Counted from the stretch's first letter, positions 26,541-39,009 are shown. The stretch is 57,522 nt of DNA from Octopus sinensis (GCF_006345805.1 NW_021834330.1:1-57522); one strand, 5' to 3'. Notes: a model not told the origin generated them from the sequence alone. Numbers and translations: made by a program.

Positions 26541-26860
26541 CTGATGTGTGGAAGTGTGGAAAAAGAGTAGCGCGCGTCAAAGTTGGTAGATTGTGTGTAT
26601 GAGTGTGTAAGTGTGTGTGTGTGTGTGTGTGTTGATGTGTGGAAGTTTGGAAATAGAGTAGCGCGCGTTAATGTTGGTGGTTTGAGTGTTTGGCGGGGGG
26701 AGGATGCTGACATGTGGAAATAAAGTAGCGTATAAATGTTGATTGTTTGTGCGTGTGTATGTGTGTGTGTGTGTGTGTGTGCATGCGCAGAGGTGTGGAA
26801 GTGTGGAAATAGAGTAATGCGCGTTAATGTTCGTAGTTGGTGTGTGTGTATGTGTGTGCG
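26195..26860. repeat. Composite minisatellite: about 8 conserved cores of about 53 bp separated by (GT)n
   Basis: Core gcagatgtgtggaagtgtggaaatagagtagcgtgcgttaatgttggtagttt repeated with variable GT spacers. Confidence 0.85.
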
Positions 26861-27059
26861 CGCGTACGTGTATGTAACCGTTAAGTGTGTGTTAGGAATG
26901 CGTGGAAGGGGATGAGAACGGACACGGATGTGAGGTGAAACGGAAGATGACAAATATAAGGGAATATGGCAGATATGTTTGTAATTGCGTTAATGGAAGA
27001 TGCTTGAATTGCTGAAGCAAGATATTTACAAGAAAGAGGACACAATATAATTATATCTC

Positions 27060-27235
27060 TGTGTATGCGTGTATACTTGCATGTGTGTATGAATGCATGC
27101 ATGTATGTATGTATGTATGTATGTATGTATGTATGCATGTATGTATGTATGTATGTATGTATGCATGCATGCATGTATGTATGTATGTATGTATTTATGT
27201 ATGTATGTATGTATGTATGTATGTATGTATGTGTC
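27060..27235. repeat. (TATG)n microsatellite
   Basis: Direct reading. Confidence 0.95.
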
Positions 27236-27609
27236 CCCGCGCACGTAGAAATAATCGGACTGAATACCCGGTCGCGCGGTTAAACCATTGGGAGTGAAGG
27301 ACTCCTAGCCTTTGTTAGGGCATCCTTCTAGAAGAAGGTAACTCAGTTAACTGGGATAACTCCGATATAAAACCTGCGGCTCAGTGGTTACCGATGATGT
27401 TGACTTGTTCTTCTTTTCGGATTATGGCTGTTGTTGCTTAGTGAGTGGGATTGACTCAGTGCACAGCCTTTCCTCACTTTAAAAATATCTTCTTGCACAG
27501 GCATTGCACGATAACAACATTGATTAAGCTTCGTGCAATGGCCATACTCGATAACGAGGGGGCAGCCACCATGCATGTATGTATGTATGTATGTATGTAT
27601 GTATGTATT

Positions 27610-27850
27610 TATGCATGCATCGATGGCGGAGGAGTTGTCATGTGATCAAAATGGAAGACAATTTCGCGTCCAAGCAATTTCTGGATGGTGTGTTAACCGA
27701 GGGTAAAGACCAGCGCACAAAGCAAAATGAAGGACGGTATCAAGAATACAACAAAAAGGCTAAAATCTTGGAAAATGAATGGAAAATCCTCATTCAAGAT
27801 AGGTTATTGTGGAGGAAAGCGCGGCGTGAAGGTGCGACGGAGTTGGTGCG
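27610..27850 (+). mobile_element. RTE-like LINE 3' ORF remnant
   Basis: HVIKMEDNFASKQFLDGVLTEGK...WKILIQDRLLWRK resembles the RTE C-terminus GHV.RM.D.R.PK..L.G.L..GKR...W...A.DR..WR. Confidence 0.6.
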
Positions 27851-28379
27851 AAATTGTATCGAATATGAAAATTGTCTGTAAGGGCCTTTATGATAATTTG
27901 TCTTTGTGCGATGGCGCAGCGCCCTATTTGTTTTACCAGTAGCTTGGCAGTATCTGTCTAATTAAGGCAAGTCTTGGAAGTCATCAGAGGAGGAACACAC
28001 ATGGTTAAATTAGGATTATGGTTAACTAATGGTGAACTAAGCATCATGCAGTATCTCTATTTGCAAGGTGTATGGGAAGAAATGTGCGCCAGGAAGTGGA
28101 ATGAAACGTCATACGAAGGATCGACAAAACAATATTGTAACACCTACTGTATGAGACGCCCATCATTGTCACATCTAGAGAAAATAGTATATATTCCTAG
28201 TAGGATTTGAAAGCCAAATCCATCCGTGTCCTTCGTGTTTAAGAGAACCGTCAGGTGATGTATTACTCCATGTATGTTTGTATGTTGGAATAAGTATAAA
28301 TAAGTCCACACACACACATATATACAGAGATACATACTTACACACACACAAGTAATATATATATATATTATATATATAT

Positions 28380-28438
<59 letters not shown>

Positions 28439-28463
28439 GGTCCCGGGTGATTCGGGGTTACCT

Positions 28464-28516
28464 GAGCTTCCTGATGATTTCTCTTGAATGAAACAGTTCT
28501 AGTCCTGTAGAAGCTC
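28464..28516 (+). ncRNA. Type I hammerhead ribozyme, near-canonical
   Basis: gagcttc-CTGATGA-tttc-tctt-gaat-GAAA-cag-ttctagtc-ctg-TA-gaagctc: 7-bp stem I, 3-bp stem II with U.U at its base, 4-bp stem III, GUA triplet. Confidence 0.7.
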
Positions 28517-28626
28517 CTTCTATATAAAAATATATATTATATTATATTATATTGTGTGAAATTTGATTTAGTATTTCTAAATTGAATTTTTTCCCTGTAA
28601 GTTAGGATTTATATTCCCTCAAATAT

Positions 28627-28659
<33 letters not shown>

Positions 28660-28662
<3 letters not shown>

Positions 28663-28856
28663 AGGTACAAGACGTCACCAACGGTGCAAATAACGTGATA
28701 TAGGTAAACAAATGAGGGAAAAACAAGTGAAACACGTAAACAACGAGAAATAAAATGGAAAACAAAGGACCCTTCATCAGTCTTCCGCTGTCTATCTACT
28801 CCTCATTTCGAGCATTGAACAACAATATGAGTCTTCAACGATAGTTGCTCCCATGT
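28660..28856. repeat. Second copy of the 800-1222 repeat family
   Basis: Shared acaagacgtcaccaac...ctcatttcgagcattgaacaacaatatgagtcttc. Confidence 0.6.
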
Positions 28857-29223
28857 GTGTATATATATATATATATATACATACACATTATATTGTGTGT
28901 ATGGATGTGAAAGACAGCTTATGCTTAATATAATCACTCGTTCAAGTCTGGATATGAAGCATTCTGAAAGAAGAGGATCACAGTAACTCCACAGCTGGCT
29001 ACTGAAGCAGTTAGGCCAAGGTGAAACTTTGAAGTCACTGTTCTAATTGACAGATAGATAGGCAAAGAGACAGAAAGATAGAAAGATGGACAGACAGACT
29101 GATAGAAAGACAGAAAGATAGACAGATAGATAGAAAGATAGATAGACCGAGAGAGAGAGAGACAAATAGACAAAGAGATAGACAGATCATTTTCTTTATT
29201 GACTACACAGGGCTGGATGGATG

Positions 29224-29281
<58 letters not shown>

Positions 29282-29310
29282 GTGACGAACAGAGAGGCAG
29301 ACCAGACAGG

Positions 29311-29341
<31 letters not shown>

Positions 29342-30007
29342 ATAGATGTATATATGCGTGTGAACTAGAGCGTGCGTGTTTGTATGTGCGTATATGTACG
29401 TGTTAAATGATAAGCTGGCGTACATGGTCGACGGTTGACGGTAGATTTTTGCATCTGAAATCTGTGATGAAAGCAATAACATGTTTTGACAGTTCATAAT
29501 TGGATTGGTTGAAGCTAAAGACTATTGCAATCTGCTGGAGATTGAAATTGCTGCAGAAGCGTCAAATGCCACAGCTTATTACATACAGCACACCGCATCG
29601 ATGATGTTGGGGGGGTTCTTATCACCACCATCATCATCATCGTCGCGTCATCATCATCATCATCATCATCATTATGTTTATTTTTGTCTTATTTGTTGTT
29701 GTTGTTGTTGTTGTTGTTGGTTTTTTTCTTGCTGCAGCGGCTTCTTAATATGATTCCGAGATAACATTTTCGTCATATGTTAATGAGGTCTCGAGATAAT
29801 TTTGTATATGTAGTTATATATATATATATTTATATATGTATAAATATATATATATATATAGAGAGAGAGAGATAGATAGATACATACATACATACATACA
29901 TACATACATACATACATACTTTGATATTGATATAGATATACATATTTATATCTAACATATGTGTATGCATGTAAGCATGTGTGCATGCATGTATATATAT
30001 ATATGAA

Positions 30008-30059
<52 letters not shown>

Positions 30060-30079
30060 TCTGCATATATATATATATA

Positions 30080-30410
30080 TATATAGGTAAACAGTAAAAA
30101 TAATTACAGACATGGGACAAGAACATGAAACACCACAGAGACGACAGAAGAACCACAAGACGGGACATTCGAAGCCCTCAGTCATCAGTCAAGAACCAGA
30201 TCATCTTAGCAATTTCGGCTGATTAATCTTGAGATTGCTCCGATATGGGCAGCCCGCCAAGGGAAATCTAAGCCAAGCGCATTAGATCCCCTGGAAGAAA
30301 GCTTCGAATGTATACAACACGAGGACGGAAAACGAACGAAGTACACGAACAAAAATACAGAATACGTGACACCAATAAGAATACAAAAACGTAAAAACAA
30401 TAACGGTAAA
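30080..30410 (-). repeat. Interspersed repeat; partial second copy at 32825-32888
   Basis: ggtaaacagtaaaaataattacagacatg(g)gacaagaacatgaaacaccacagagacgac occurs at both sites. Confidence 0.6.
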
Positions 30411-30619
30411 AATAAAAAACGTACATATGTATGTTTGTATGTATATGTTTATATACACATATATATATACATATATATATGCCTGAGTGTATATATATAT
30501 ATGAAAGTCTGTGTGTATTTATGTTTATACAAATGTGCTTCCGTGCGTTTGCATATATATATACATAAAGCTAAACAGTTGTAGCTCAAATGTTGCGGTC
30601 ATGCTGGGGCACCACGTCG

Positions 30620-30925
30620 GCGTTGCTACACCTTCACTATCTGAAACCTCCTCATATATGTGGCTTTTGATAACTGAGGGGGGGGGCTTCAAGCTGCTAC
30701 CCCTCAGCGTTTCCTGCTGTGTGGTAGGCTCATCTGTAATCCTTGACAGGAGGAGATCCAGTTTTTTTAAAATAATACCTACATTCACTCCACGCTGATC
30801 TCAAGGCCTTTTGGAAGTATATTGAATAATTTTGGGGCCTTGAAATCTTGAAACCCAAGCCGTTGCCGAATTTGGTCCTGTATTTTGGTGGTGATACAGT
30901 TCTGTATTTAAGGGATAAGGAATTA
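30620..30925 (-). mobile_element. CR1/L2-like LINE 3' remnant
   Basis: NVGIILKKLDLLLSRITDEPTTQQ parallels DVFKKELDTLLSTILDEP at the end of the 1224-2990 LINE. Confidence 0.65.
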
Positions 30926-31053
30926 TGTACATTATTTACATGTGATGGGTATTTGTCCTCATCCTGTTTGTTGCCCACGGGCATATTGCGTAGTGGTTAA
31001 GAGCGCGGGCTACTAACCCAAAGATTCCGAGTTCGATTCCAGGCAGAGACCTC

Positions 31054-31089
<36 letters not shown>

Positions 31090-31180
31090 AAAAATAATAA
31101 TAATAATAATGATAATAATGATAATAATCATAATAACTAATAATAATAATAATAATAATAATATAATAATATAATAATAA

Positions 31181-32195
31181 TACCCAAACTGAACAACCCG
31201 AGGGAAGTACGCAAACTATTGTTGCAAAGAGGTAAAAATGATGGCAATGAAAAAAGCGCACGAGCAATTGTGCTGATAGGGGGAGGAGAAACCTCTGCAC
31301 GGCAATATGTGACCCGCAGCAAACAAGCTGATGTTGACCAGAAGCAAACCCATCAGTGGCTGCGGAGCTCAGGGCTAAAGCAGAGAGCGAAGGTTTCATC
31401 CTGGCTGCTCAAGCCAAAGCCTATTAACCCGGAACTACCAGGCAATGTGATGAAAATGGAGCAGACCCAAAATGCCGATTCTGCAACGACATGATTGAAA
31501 CAGTGGACCACCTAATCTCTGGATGTAAAGTCTTAGCACCAGTGGAGTATAAATTAAGACATGACAGAGTTGGCCAATATCTCCACTGGCTAATAAGTCG
31601 GCATTACAATATCAAAACTGCCGAAAAGTGGATAATCACCACCCTGAGGCTGTAACTGAAGGAGAAAAATGTAACCATTCTGTGGGACTTTCCAGTACAT
31701 ACAGACCGAACCATCAAGGCCAATAAACCAGATATTGTTGTGAAAGACCAAAACAATAAAGTTTGCTTATTGATCGACATGAGCATCCCCTGTGATCATA
31801 ATATCTCAACGAAAGAGTTTGACAAGCTCAGAAAATATAAAGACCTACTCATTGAAATTGAGAAAATGTGGCATCTCAAGGGGGTTACAATACCAGTGAG
31901 CACTAGGAATGATAAAGAAGGGAACCGAAAATTATATGAGAATGATCCCTGGCTTACCATCCCTGCAAGAAGTGCAAAAGATTGTCTTAACTGGTACATC
32001 ACACGTATTGAGAAGAGCATTGTCGATGTGAGAACTGTTGCTGCTCATGTATTTTAATTTAACTTAAAAAAAAAAAAAAATGAACGAACTACTGAGTTTG
32101 GTTAATGGCCTACCAATATACACTATGAGTTTCTTTGCCCTAGGAGTCGGGAAGACACTCGGCAGAAAGGAGAAAATTTGAAAGAAAAAAAAAAT
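31181..32195 (+). mobile_element. R4/Dong-like (R2 superfamily) RLE LINE, 5'-truncated
   Basis: THQWLRSSGLK, CCHC knuckle CRFCNDMIETVDHLISGC, RHDRVGQYLHW, NKPDIVV...LLIDMSIP (PD..D nuclease), KLRKYKDL; flanked by (AAT)n on both sides. Confidence 0.85.
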
Positions 32196-32204
32196 CAATA
32201 ATAA

Positions 32205-32390
32205 TAATAATAAGAAGAAGAAGAAGAAGAGAAGAAGAAGAAGAAGAAGAAGAGAAGAAGAAGAAGAAGAAGAAGAAGAAGAAGAAGAAGAAGAAGAAGA
32301 GAAGAAGAAGAAGAAGAAGAAGAAGAAGAAGAAGAAGAAGAAGAAGAAGAAGAAGAAGAAGAAGAAGAAGAAGAAGAAGAAGAAGAAGGA
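32205..32390. repeat. (AAG)n microsatellite
   Basis: Direct reading. Confidence 0.95.
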
Positions 32391-32445
32391 TAACAGCATC
32401 GAAAAATACCTTAGGAATGAGAACCCAGGTTCGAAATTTCCCCAA

Positions 32446-32491
32446 GACACCTGATGAAGCCTGGGGGATATATCAGACGAAACGTTGTGTT
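32446..32491 (+). ncRNA. Minimal type I hammerhead motif
   Basis: gacac-CTGATGA-a-gcctgg...tcagac-GAAA-cg-TT-gtgtt; stem I gacac/gtgtt, stem II with one mismatch, palindromic ACGT stem III. Confidence 0.55.
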
Positions 32492-32945
32492 AACAACAAA
32501 CAACATGAAGACAAATATCTGTCAAATGTATAACATAATGTAAATTGGTGGTGATGTTGGCATCTGTGGCACTATGCAGTGGTGACCAGTTCTGCTGTTT
32601 GTGTAACTTTCAGTAGCAAAGCTTGATACAATTCCTTCCAGGATTTTCCTGATGTAAATTCTCTACTTTTCTATTCACACTTTCGTTCTAGGGAGCAGAG
32701 TTTTAACTTTTTTCCCACTTCAAAGTAGGTGATATGTGGAACTGAGACGATTTCTTAGTGTAGCTTCGCTGGATCGTTTCGAGATCAACCGTGAAATTTT
32801 TATGCTTATATATATATATATATATAGGTAAACAGTAAAAATAATTACAGACATGGACAAGAACATGAAACACCACAGAGACGACATATATATATATATA
32901 TAATGTGTGTGTGTGATTTATATATATGTGTGTGTGTGTGTATAT

Positions 32946-33241
32946 GGAGGTGCAATGGCCCAGTGGTTAGGGGACTCGCGGTCATAGGATCGCGGTTTCG
33001 ATTCCCAGACCGGGCGTTGTGAGTGTTTATTGAGCGAAAACAACTAAAGCTCCACGAGGCTCCGGCAGGCAGTGGTGGCGATCCCTGGTGTACTCTTTCA
33101 CCACAACTTTCTCTCACTCTTTCTTCTGTTGGCCTGCTCGCTTAGCCAGCGGGGTGGCGTCATTTGTAGGCTAAAACAATGCGAAGCGCATTGTGACCAG
33201 CAATGTGTAGCAACATTTGATAATCTGGTCAATCACGGTGA
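32946..33241 (+). mobile_element. tRNA-derived SINE, family 2, near full length
   Basis: tggcccagtggtt A-box, ggtttcgattccc B-box; body shared with 7916-8107 and 25435-25550. Confidence 0.8.
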
Positions 33242-33268
33242 TATATATATATATATATATAATATATA

Positions 33269-33315
<47 letters not shown>

Positions 33316-34394
33316 ACAAACACGCGTATGCGAGCGCGTGAACATATCTAATGCTATATCGTTTTTAGTCGATATTTCCTTATACATGTGTATACATATA
33401 TATGCTCTCGCACACAGGCACTCCCATACATACACACATATACATATAGAGGAAGACAGAGATAGAATGGCGGAGAGATAAACAAACAACTCAGTATAAA
33501 GTTTGTATATTAGCGATAAAGATACGGCGATGAGAATCGATCTAACACCAAATACGATATGATAAAGCAGGACAGGAGATGATAAAATTTGTTTTATCTG
33601 CGACTGGCCAGATCAAAACAAAATAGAATGGAATTCTCCAATTTTCAATACTTACCGAGTTACAGAGGTTTTTGTGCCTGTAATTTATGATTGATAAAGC
33701 TTAAAACAATCCTCAGATTTTAAGAATTCTTCTATTTGGTATTTGAGTAATTTTAGAGTTTCATCCGTTCGGTCAACGCTGAAAAAGTCTTTTCTTCTTC
33801 TTCTTTTTTCTTTTCAAGTCGTGTCTACTCAGACCACGTGGGGAGTCGGTTTTGATATAAATTCCTTATATTTGCAAAAAGAATGGTGGAATTGCATTTT
33901 AAATTTGGATATTGGAAGTAAGATATATCTAGACCAGAGACCATTTAGCTTTTTGTTCAATTCGAACTAACTGGAGGTTTCCAAAGCTCTTCACGATCTT
34001 ATCTTCACACATTAACACCCAGATCCCATCTTTACACACACACACATGGTATATATATATATATATGTACATGCTTACATCCATACATTACATTAAGCAT
34101 ACACTCTTCAACAGTTATACCACGAATACAATGCTAAACGTATGCATATATTCAAGTATAAATATGTGTATGTATATGTGTGTGAGTGATAGAGACGTAA
34201 ATAGATAGATAGATAGATAGACAGAGAGACAGATATATATATATATATATATATATAGGTGGGCAGACGGGCACAGACAGACAGAAAGATAGACAGGCTG
34301 GCTCATAGATAGATTTGATTATTTTCACACAAGGTAACTGCCACTAACACACCCACACAAAAGCACACACACGCAATCAATCACCACACACACC

Positions 34395-34444
<50 letters not shown>

Positions 34445-34848
34445 ATATGAGTATGTATGTGTGAATGATTGCGTGTGGGCGTTTGTGTTTGTGTGCGTTC
34501 ATGTATGTGTGTGTGTGTTTGTCTGTCTGTGTGTCTGTGTGTCTGACTATCTGGTTCTATTCTTTGTGCAGGATAGAGTGACTTCTCAAATTTCCTATTT
34601 CATCTCTAAATTCTGTGTCTTGTTCCAATGGTTTCTCTACGTATCATAATTTCATCTCAATCATCTTTAGTTTTTTTTAACCATACCATCACGCAATCAC
34701 ATAGACGCACACATAATTACACACACACATACCTAAACATTCACACAAATATACACGCACACATATATGTAAGTACGTATGTATATACATACACACTCAC
34801 ATAAATATATATATATACATAAAGTTTGTGTGTGTGTGTGTGTGTGTG

Positions 34849-34879
<31 letters not shown>

Positions 34880-35120
34880 TGTGTGTGTATGCATGTGTGC
34901 GTGTGCGGTGTGACTCATTGCAGCTTCTGAATATATCGCATATCTAACAGGAATATAAAACTTTCGCCCAGGGACGAAGCAGTGATATCGTATTGATTCA
35001 CCTATGAACTTATTTAAAGACACACGCGCGCGCACAAACACTCATGCTCGCGTGCGCGCACACACACATAATCATAAGCACCCACATACATTCACATTAT
35101 AAATATGTGTCTATGTATAT

Positions 35121-35152
<32 letters not shown>

Positions 35153-35156
35153 ATAC

Positions 35157-35600
35157 ACTAGCAGAGATACCCGGCGTTGCCTGGTTACATTCAATAGAAG
35201 AATTAGATTTTCTGTCATATCTTCTGTAATGAACTGGAATATCTATGTTTCGAATTTCATCAAAATTGCAGATGAGAGTTATTTCCCTCTTTACACATTC
35301 TAAAAAAATTGTAATCGTGCCACATGTATCCCATAATACTGATTTTTATGCGCATATTCCAACATTCCAGTCTTATTGAACTTGTTAAAAAGATTTTGCT
35401 CCTGAAAAATGAAGGTCATGGAGCTCTAAAATGTGAGAGTTAAGGCCCCTGTTGGGGGTGGGCATCTTAATGTCAACCAGAGAAGTTGAATTGTTGAAAA
35501 TCTTTTTAACTTGGGTCTTATATCTATTGTTTGAATTTCTTTGAAATAGGAAATATATGTTCACTGGGTTTGTAAAAGAGAGCAAAGCTACAGGAAACCA
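35157..35600 (+). mobile_element. Possible non-autonomous Helitron-like element
   Basis: Starts actagcagagatacccggcgttgcctgg, which resembles invertebrate Helitron 5' ends as I recall them; 3' end not identified. Confidence 0.35.
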
Positions 35601-35844
35601 AAAGACGAATGATCACCATAAGCAGTCAGTTACCCTACCCTAGTCGTTACCACTCTCAATGTAGGATTCCTCACCATCCAGGTGACAGGCACAGCCGTAA
35701 GATGCTTTGCGAATCTACAGCAATTGGAAGGGCGTACCCAACTAAAATCAACATTAACAACTGTGTGCCGTGAGGGCTAAGGAGAAATGAAAGTGTCACC
35801 TCTGGAGTTTGCAAATGACCACTATACTGATACGTAACTGGACA

Positions 35845-37790
35845 GAATAAATTGGGGACATGATTCTGCCATTTGATGCGAAGGATTTTCTGGAGGCAGT
35901 GCAGGTGAAAGATATTTAGCCAAGATAGGTAAACTTCTCCACCTCCTGTACTCTGTGGTCTCCAATATGTATGTTTGGGATGTCCGATATAGCCTGACCC
36001 ATGATGTTGGTCTTCTTGAGGCTTATAACTAAGCCAAAGTTGCCAAATGCTTGCTCAAAGCAGTTGATGAGCATTTGTAGGGTTTCTTCTGTGTGTGATA
36101 CAAGAGCGGGATCGTCAGCAAATAGCATCTCCTTGATCAGGACGCTTCTGATTTTGGTCTCGGCACGCAGACGCGAGAGATTGAATAGCTTCCCATCACT
36201 TCTACAGTGCAGAAACAATCCATCATCTGATGTCTCAAAGGCATGTGACAGCAGCAGCGAGAATAAGATGCCAAATAATGTAGGAGCAAGGACACAACCT
36301 TGCTTTACCCCATTTTTTATTTGGAAGGCGGCTGATGTTGAACCATTGTGTTGTATGGTGCCTTGCATATCAGCATGGAAAGATTTGATGATCATCAGTA
36401 GCTTTGGTGGACATCCGATTTTTTGGAGCAGGATGAAGAGGCCTTTTCTACTTACCAAGTCAAAGGCCTTTGTCAGATCAATGAAGGCCATATATAATGG
36501 CATTTTCTGCTCTCTGGACTTCTCCTGAAGTTGTCGTATGAAGAATATCATGTTAATAGTTGATCTGCTTCTTCTAAAGCCACACTGCGATTCTGGATAA
36601 ATTCGAGAAGCAATTAGTTGCAGACTGGACAGGATAATGCGAGCAGAGGCCTTTCCAACATTAGAAGAGATATTCCACGGTAATGGTTACAATCACCAGG
36701 GTCACCTTTATTTTTGTAAAGCGTAATGATGTTAGCATACCGCATATTCTGAGGGACTGTACCCTCTTTCCAGCACTGAAACAGAAGCTCATGAATGTGC
36801 CGAAGCAGGATGGTGTTTTTGCCGGTTTTGATGATCTCTAAGGAGATGCCGTCTTTTCTCGGAGCCTTGTTACTTGGTAGGGAGTCAACAGACTTGGTGA
36901 GCTCTGCTATAGATGGCAGACTGTCAAGTTCACACATGACTGGCAAGATCTTGACACCCTCGATTGCAGCCTCAGCTACCGTGGTCTCTCGTGAATAGAG
37001 ATCCTGGTAGCACTTCATCCATGTATCCATTTGCTTGCTTTGGTCCTTGATGAGATCTCCAGTAGTTGATTTCAGAGGGGCTGACGTGGTTGCAGATGGA
37101 CCAAGGGCCTTCTGCAAACCGACATACATCCCACGGGTGTCGCCACTGTCAGCAGATGACTGGATACTCTGACAGATTTCCTGCCAATATCCATTTGCAC
37201 AGCGTCTGGCAGTCTGTTTTATTTCTTGCCTTTCTGAGTTCTTGAGTGACTTTGTGGAAGAATCACTCTTGTATTGCATCAGAGCTGCACGCTTTGTTTC
37301 GATAACTGTTTCCAACTCTGAGAGCCCAGCATTGATCCAATCTGGGTTTTGCCTTTCTCTCATGCCGAAAGTATCTATTAATGTGGTATACAAAACTTCT
37401 ATGATATAATTCACCTACTTTCAGCAGAGGAGGTAGGGCAGCTACTGAGGGCAACCTTGATAGAAACAGCAAAACATGGTCGCAGTGTAGGGTCCGAGGT
37501 TCTAGCAGTGTTAATGCGTGGTCGGCCTATTTTTAAGGCAGAATCCTCACCCTGCTTCTTATTAGTGAATGATCTGTGTCACAATCCACGCTGTGGTAAC
37601 TACGAGTCAGTTGAACAGAATTCAGAAAGGATCTTCGTGTAATGATGCCAGTGGTGAGATCTTGGATGTTTCCAAGATGCCTTATGGGATGTCTTGTTGG
37701 CAAAGAATGTGTTAGTGATTCACAGGTTATGGTATGTGCAAAATTCAAGTAGTCTCTGGCCATTGTCATCCATGTTGCCAATACCGAAAC
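35845..37790 (-). mobile_element. RTE-clade LINE, 5'-truncated (APE C-terminus plus RT), disrupted
   Basis: GNMDDNGQRLLEFC, DCDTDHSLI, YRGISLL, AFIDLTKAFDLVSR, GVKQGCVLAPTLF, LFADD, KFTYLG; then jumps directly to FHLHCLQKILRIKWQNHVPN, implying an internal deletion. Confidence 0.92.
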
Positions 37791-37959
37791 ACATACACTT
37801 ACATATATACATACATATATATACGATTGATTTTTGTTTCAGTTCCTGTCTACGAAATCCATATATATATATATAATATAATATATATATATATATACAT
37901 AAATTGATAGATACAACTGAGTGGGCAAACAAAAATGTGAGACACTGCGTAGAGCTTTT

Positions 37960-38280
37960 TTTATATTTTGATAAGCCTAGTACTTATTCTATCAGTTTCT
38001 TCTTGTGAAACCAGTAAGTTATGGAGATGTAAATAAACGAACACCAGTTGTGAAGCTGTGATGAGGGAGAACACAAAGACACACACATAGACTTACATAT
38101 ATACATACATATACATAGAATTGATTTCTTTCAGTTTCTGCCTACAAATCCACTGACAAGGCTTTGGTTTGTCTAAGGCTATAGCAGAAGACACATGCCA
38201 AGTTACCACACAGTGGGACTGAACTGAAGACCATGTGTTTTGAAACCAAGTTTGTTACCACACAGCCACACCTGCACTTA
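37960..38280 (-). mobile_element. SINE family 1, degenerate
   Basis: agcctagtacttattctatc...gggactgaactgaagaccatgtg...accacacagccac. Confidence 0.7.
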
Positions 38281-38462
38281 TGTATGTGTGTGTATGGGAG
38301 GGGTGGATCGGTGCGTGTGTATGGGTGTATATATGTATGCATATATATGTGTATATATATATATGTGTACATATTACATGTACATCTATATATATCTATA
38401 TACATGATATATATGTAATACATATATATATACATGTATAATATTATAATGTATATATATTA

Positions 38463-38543
<81 letters not shown>

Positions 38544-38579
38544 TAGATATATGCATGTATATTCCTATTTATATATTTT

Positions 38580-38933
38580 TCCTTATTTTGTTTCAGTGAT
38601 TGAGTGCGGCCATGGGAGTACCGCCTGTAGTCGAACAAATCGACCTCGGACTTATTCTTTGTAAGCCTAGTACATATTCTAACATTCTCTTTTGCCGCAC
38701 CGCTAAATTGCGGGAACGTAAACACACTAAGATAGGTTGTCAAGCGATGGTGGTTTGACAAACACAGACACACAAACATATATACATATATATATATATA
38801 TATACGTCAGGCTTCTTTCAGTTTCCGTCTACCAAATCCACTCTCAAGACTTCGGTCGGCACGGTGCCATAGTGTGGGACTGAACCCGGAACCATGTGGT
38901 TGGTAAGCAAGCTGCTTACCACACAGCCACTCC
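38580..38933 (-). mobile_element. SINE family 1 with internal deletion
   Basis: gggactgaacccggaaccatgtggttggtaagcaagctgcttaccacacagccactcc. Confidence 0.85.
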
Positions 38934-39009
38934 AGTACCTATATATATATATATATTTATATATTATACACAGCATATACATACATACATGCATGCATGC
39001 ATGCCTACA

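Larger units (their letters stand above)
30928..32545 (+). mobile_element. Putative tRNA-headed, hammerhead-tailed SINE with inverted 3'-end copy, interrupted by an R4-like LINE
   Basis: Inverted tail 30928-30973; head with A-box tgcgtagtgg and B-box gagttcgattcc at 30979-31052; (AAT)n; tail 32391-32545 containing the HHR. Confidence 0.55.

Noticed and set aside
26195-26860. CRISPR-like repeat-spacer layout
   Set aside because: Spacers are GT microsatellite and the repeats are degenerate.
28930-29040. SQLWS...RLERV peptide on the minus strand
   Set aside because: Too short to call either a CR1 remnant or an exon.
29400-29610. Unique island with open frame LVEAKDYCNLLEIE
   Set aside because: In-frame stops upstream, no clear donor and no recognised homology.
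30160-30195. CTGATGA on the minus strand as a hammerhead
   Set aside because: Followed by GAAT rather than GAAA, with no convincing stems I and III.
30979-31052. Functional tRNA gene
   Set aside because: Acceptor and T stems do not pair well, and it runs into an (AAT)n tail; treated as a SINE head.
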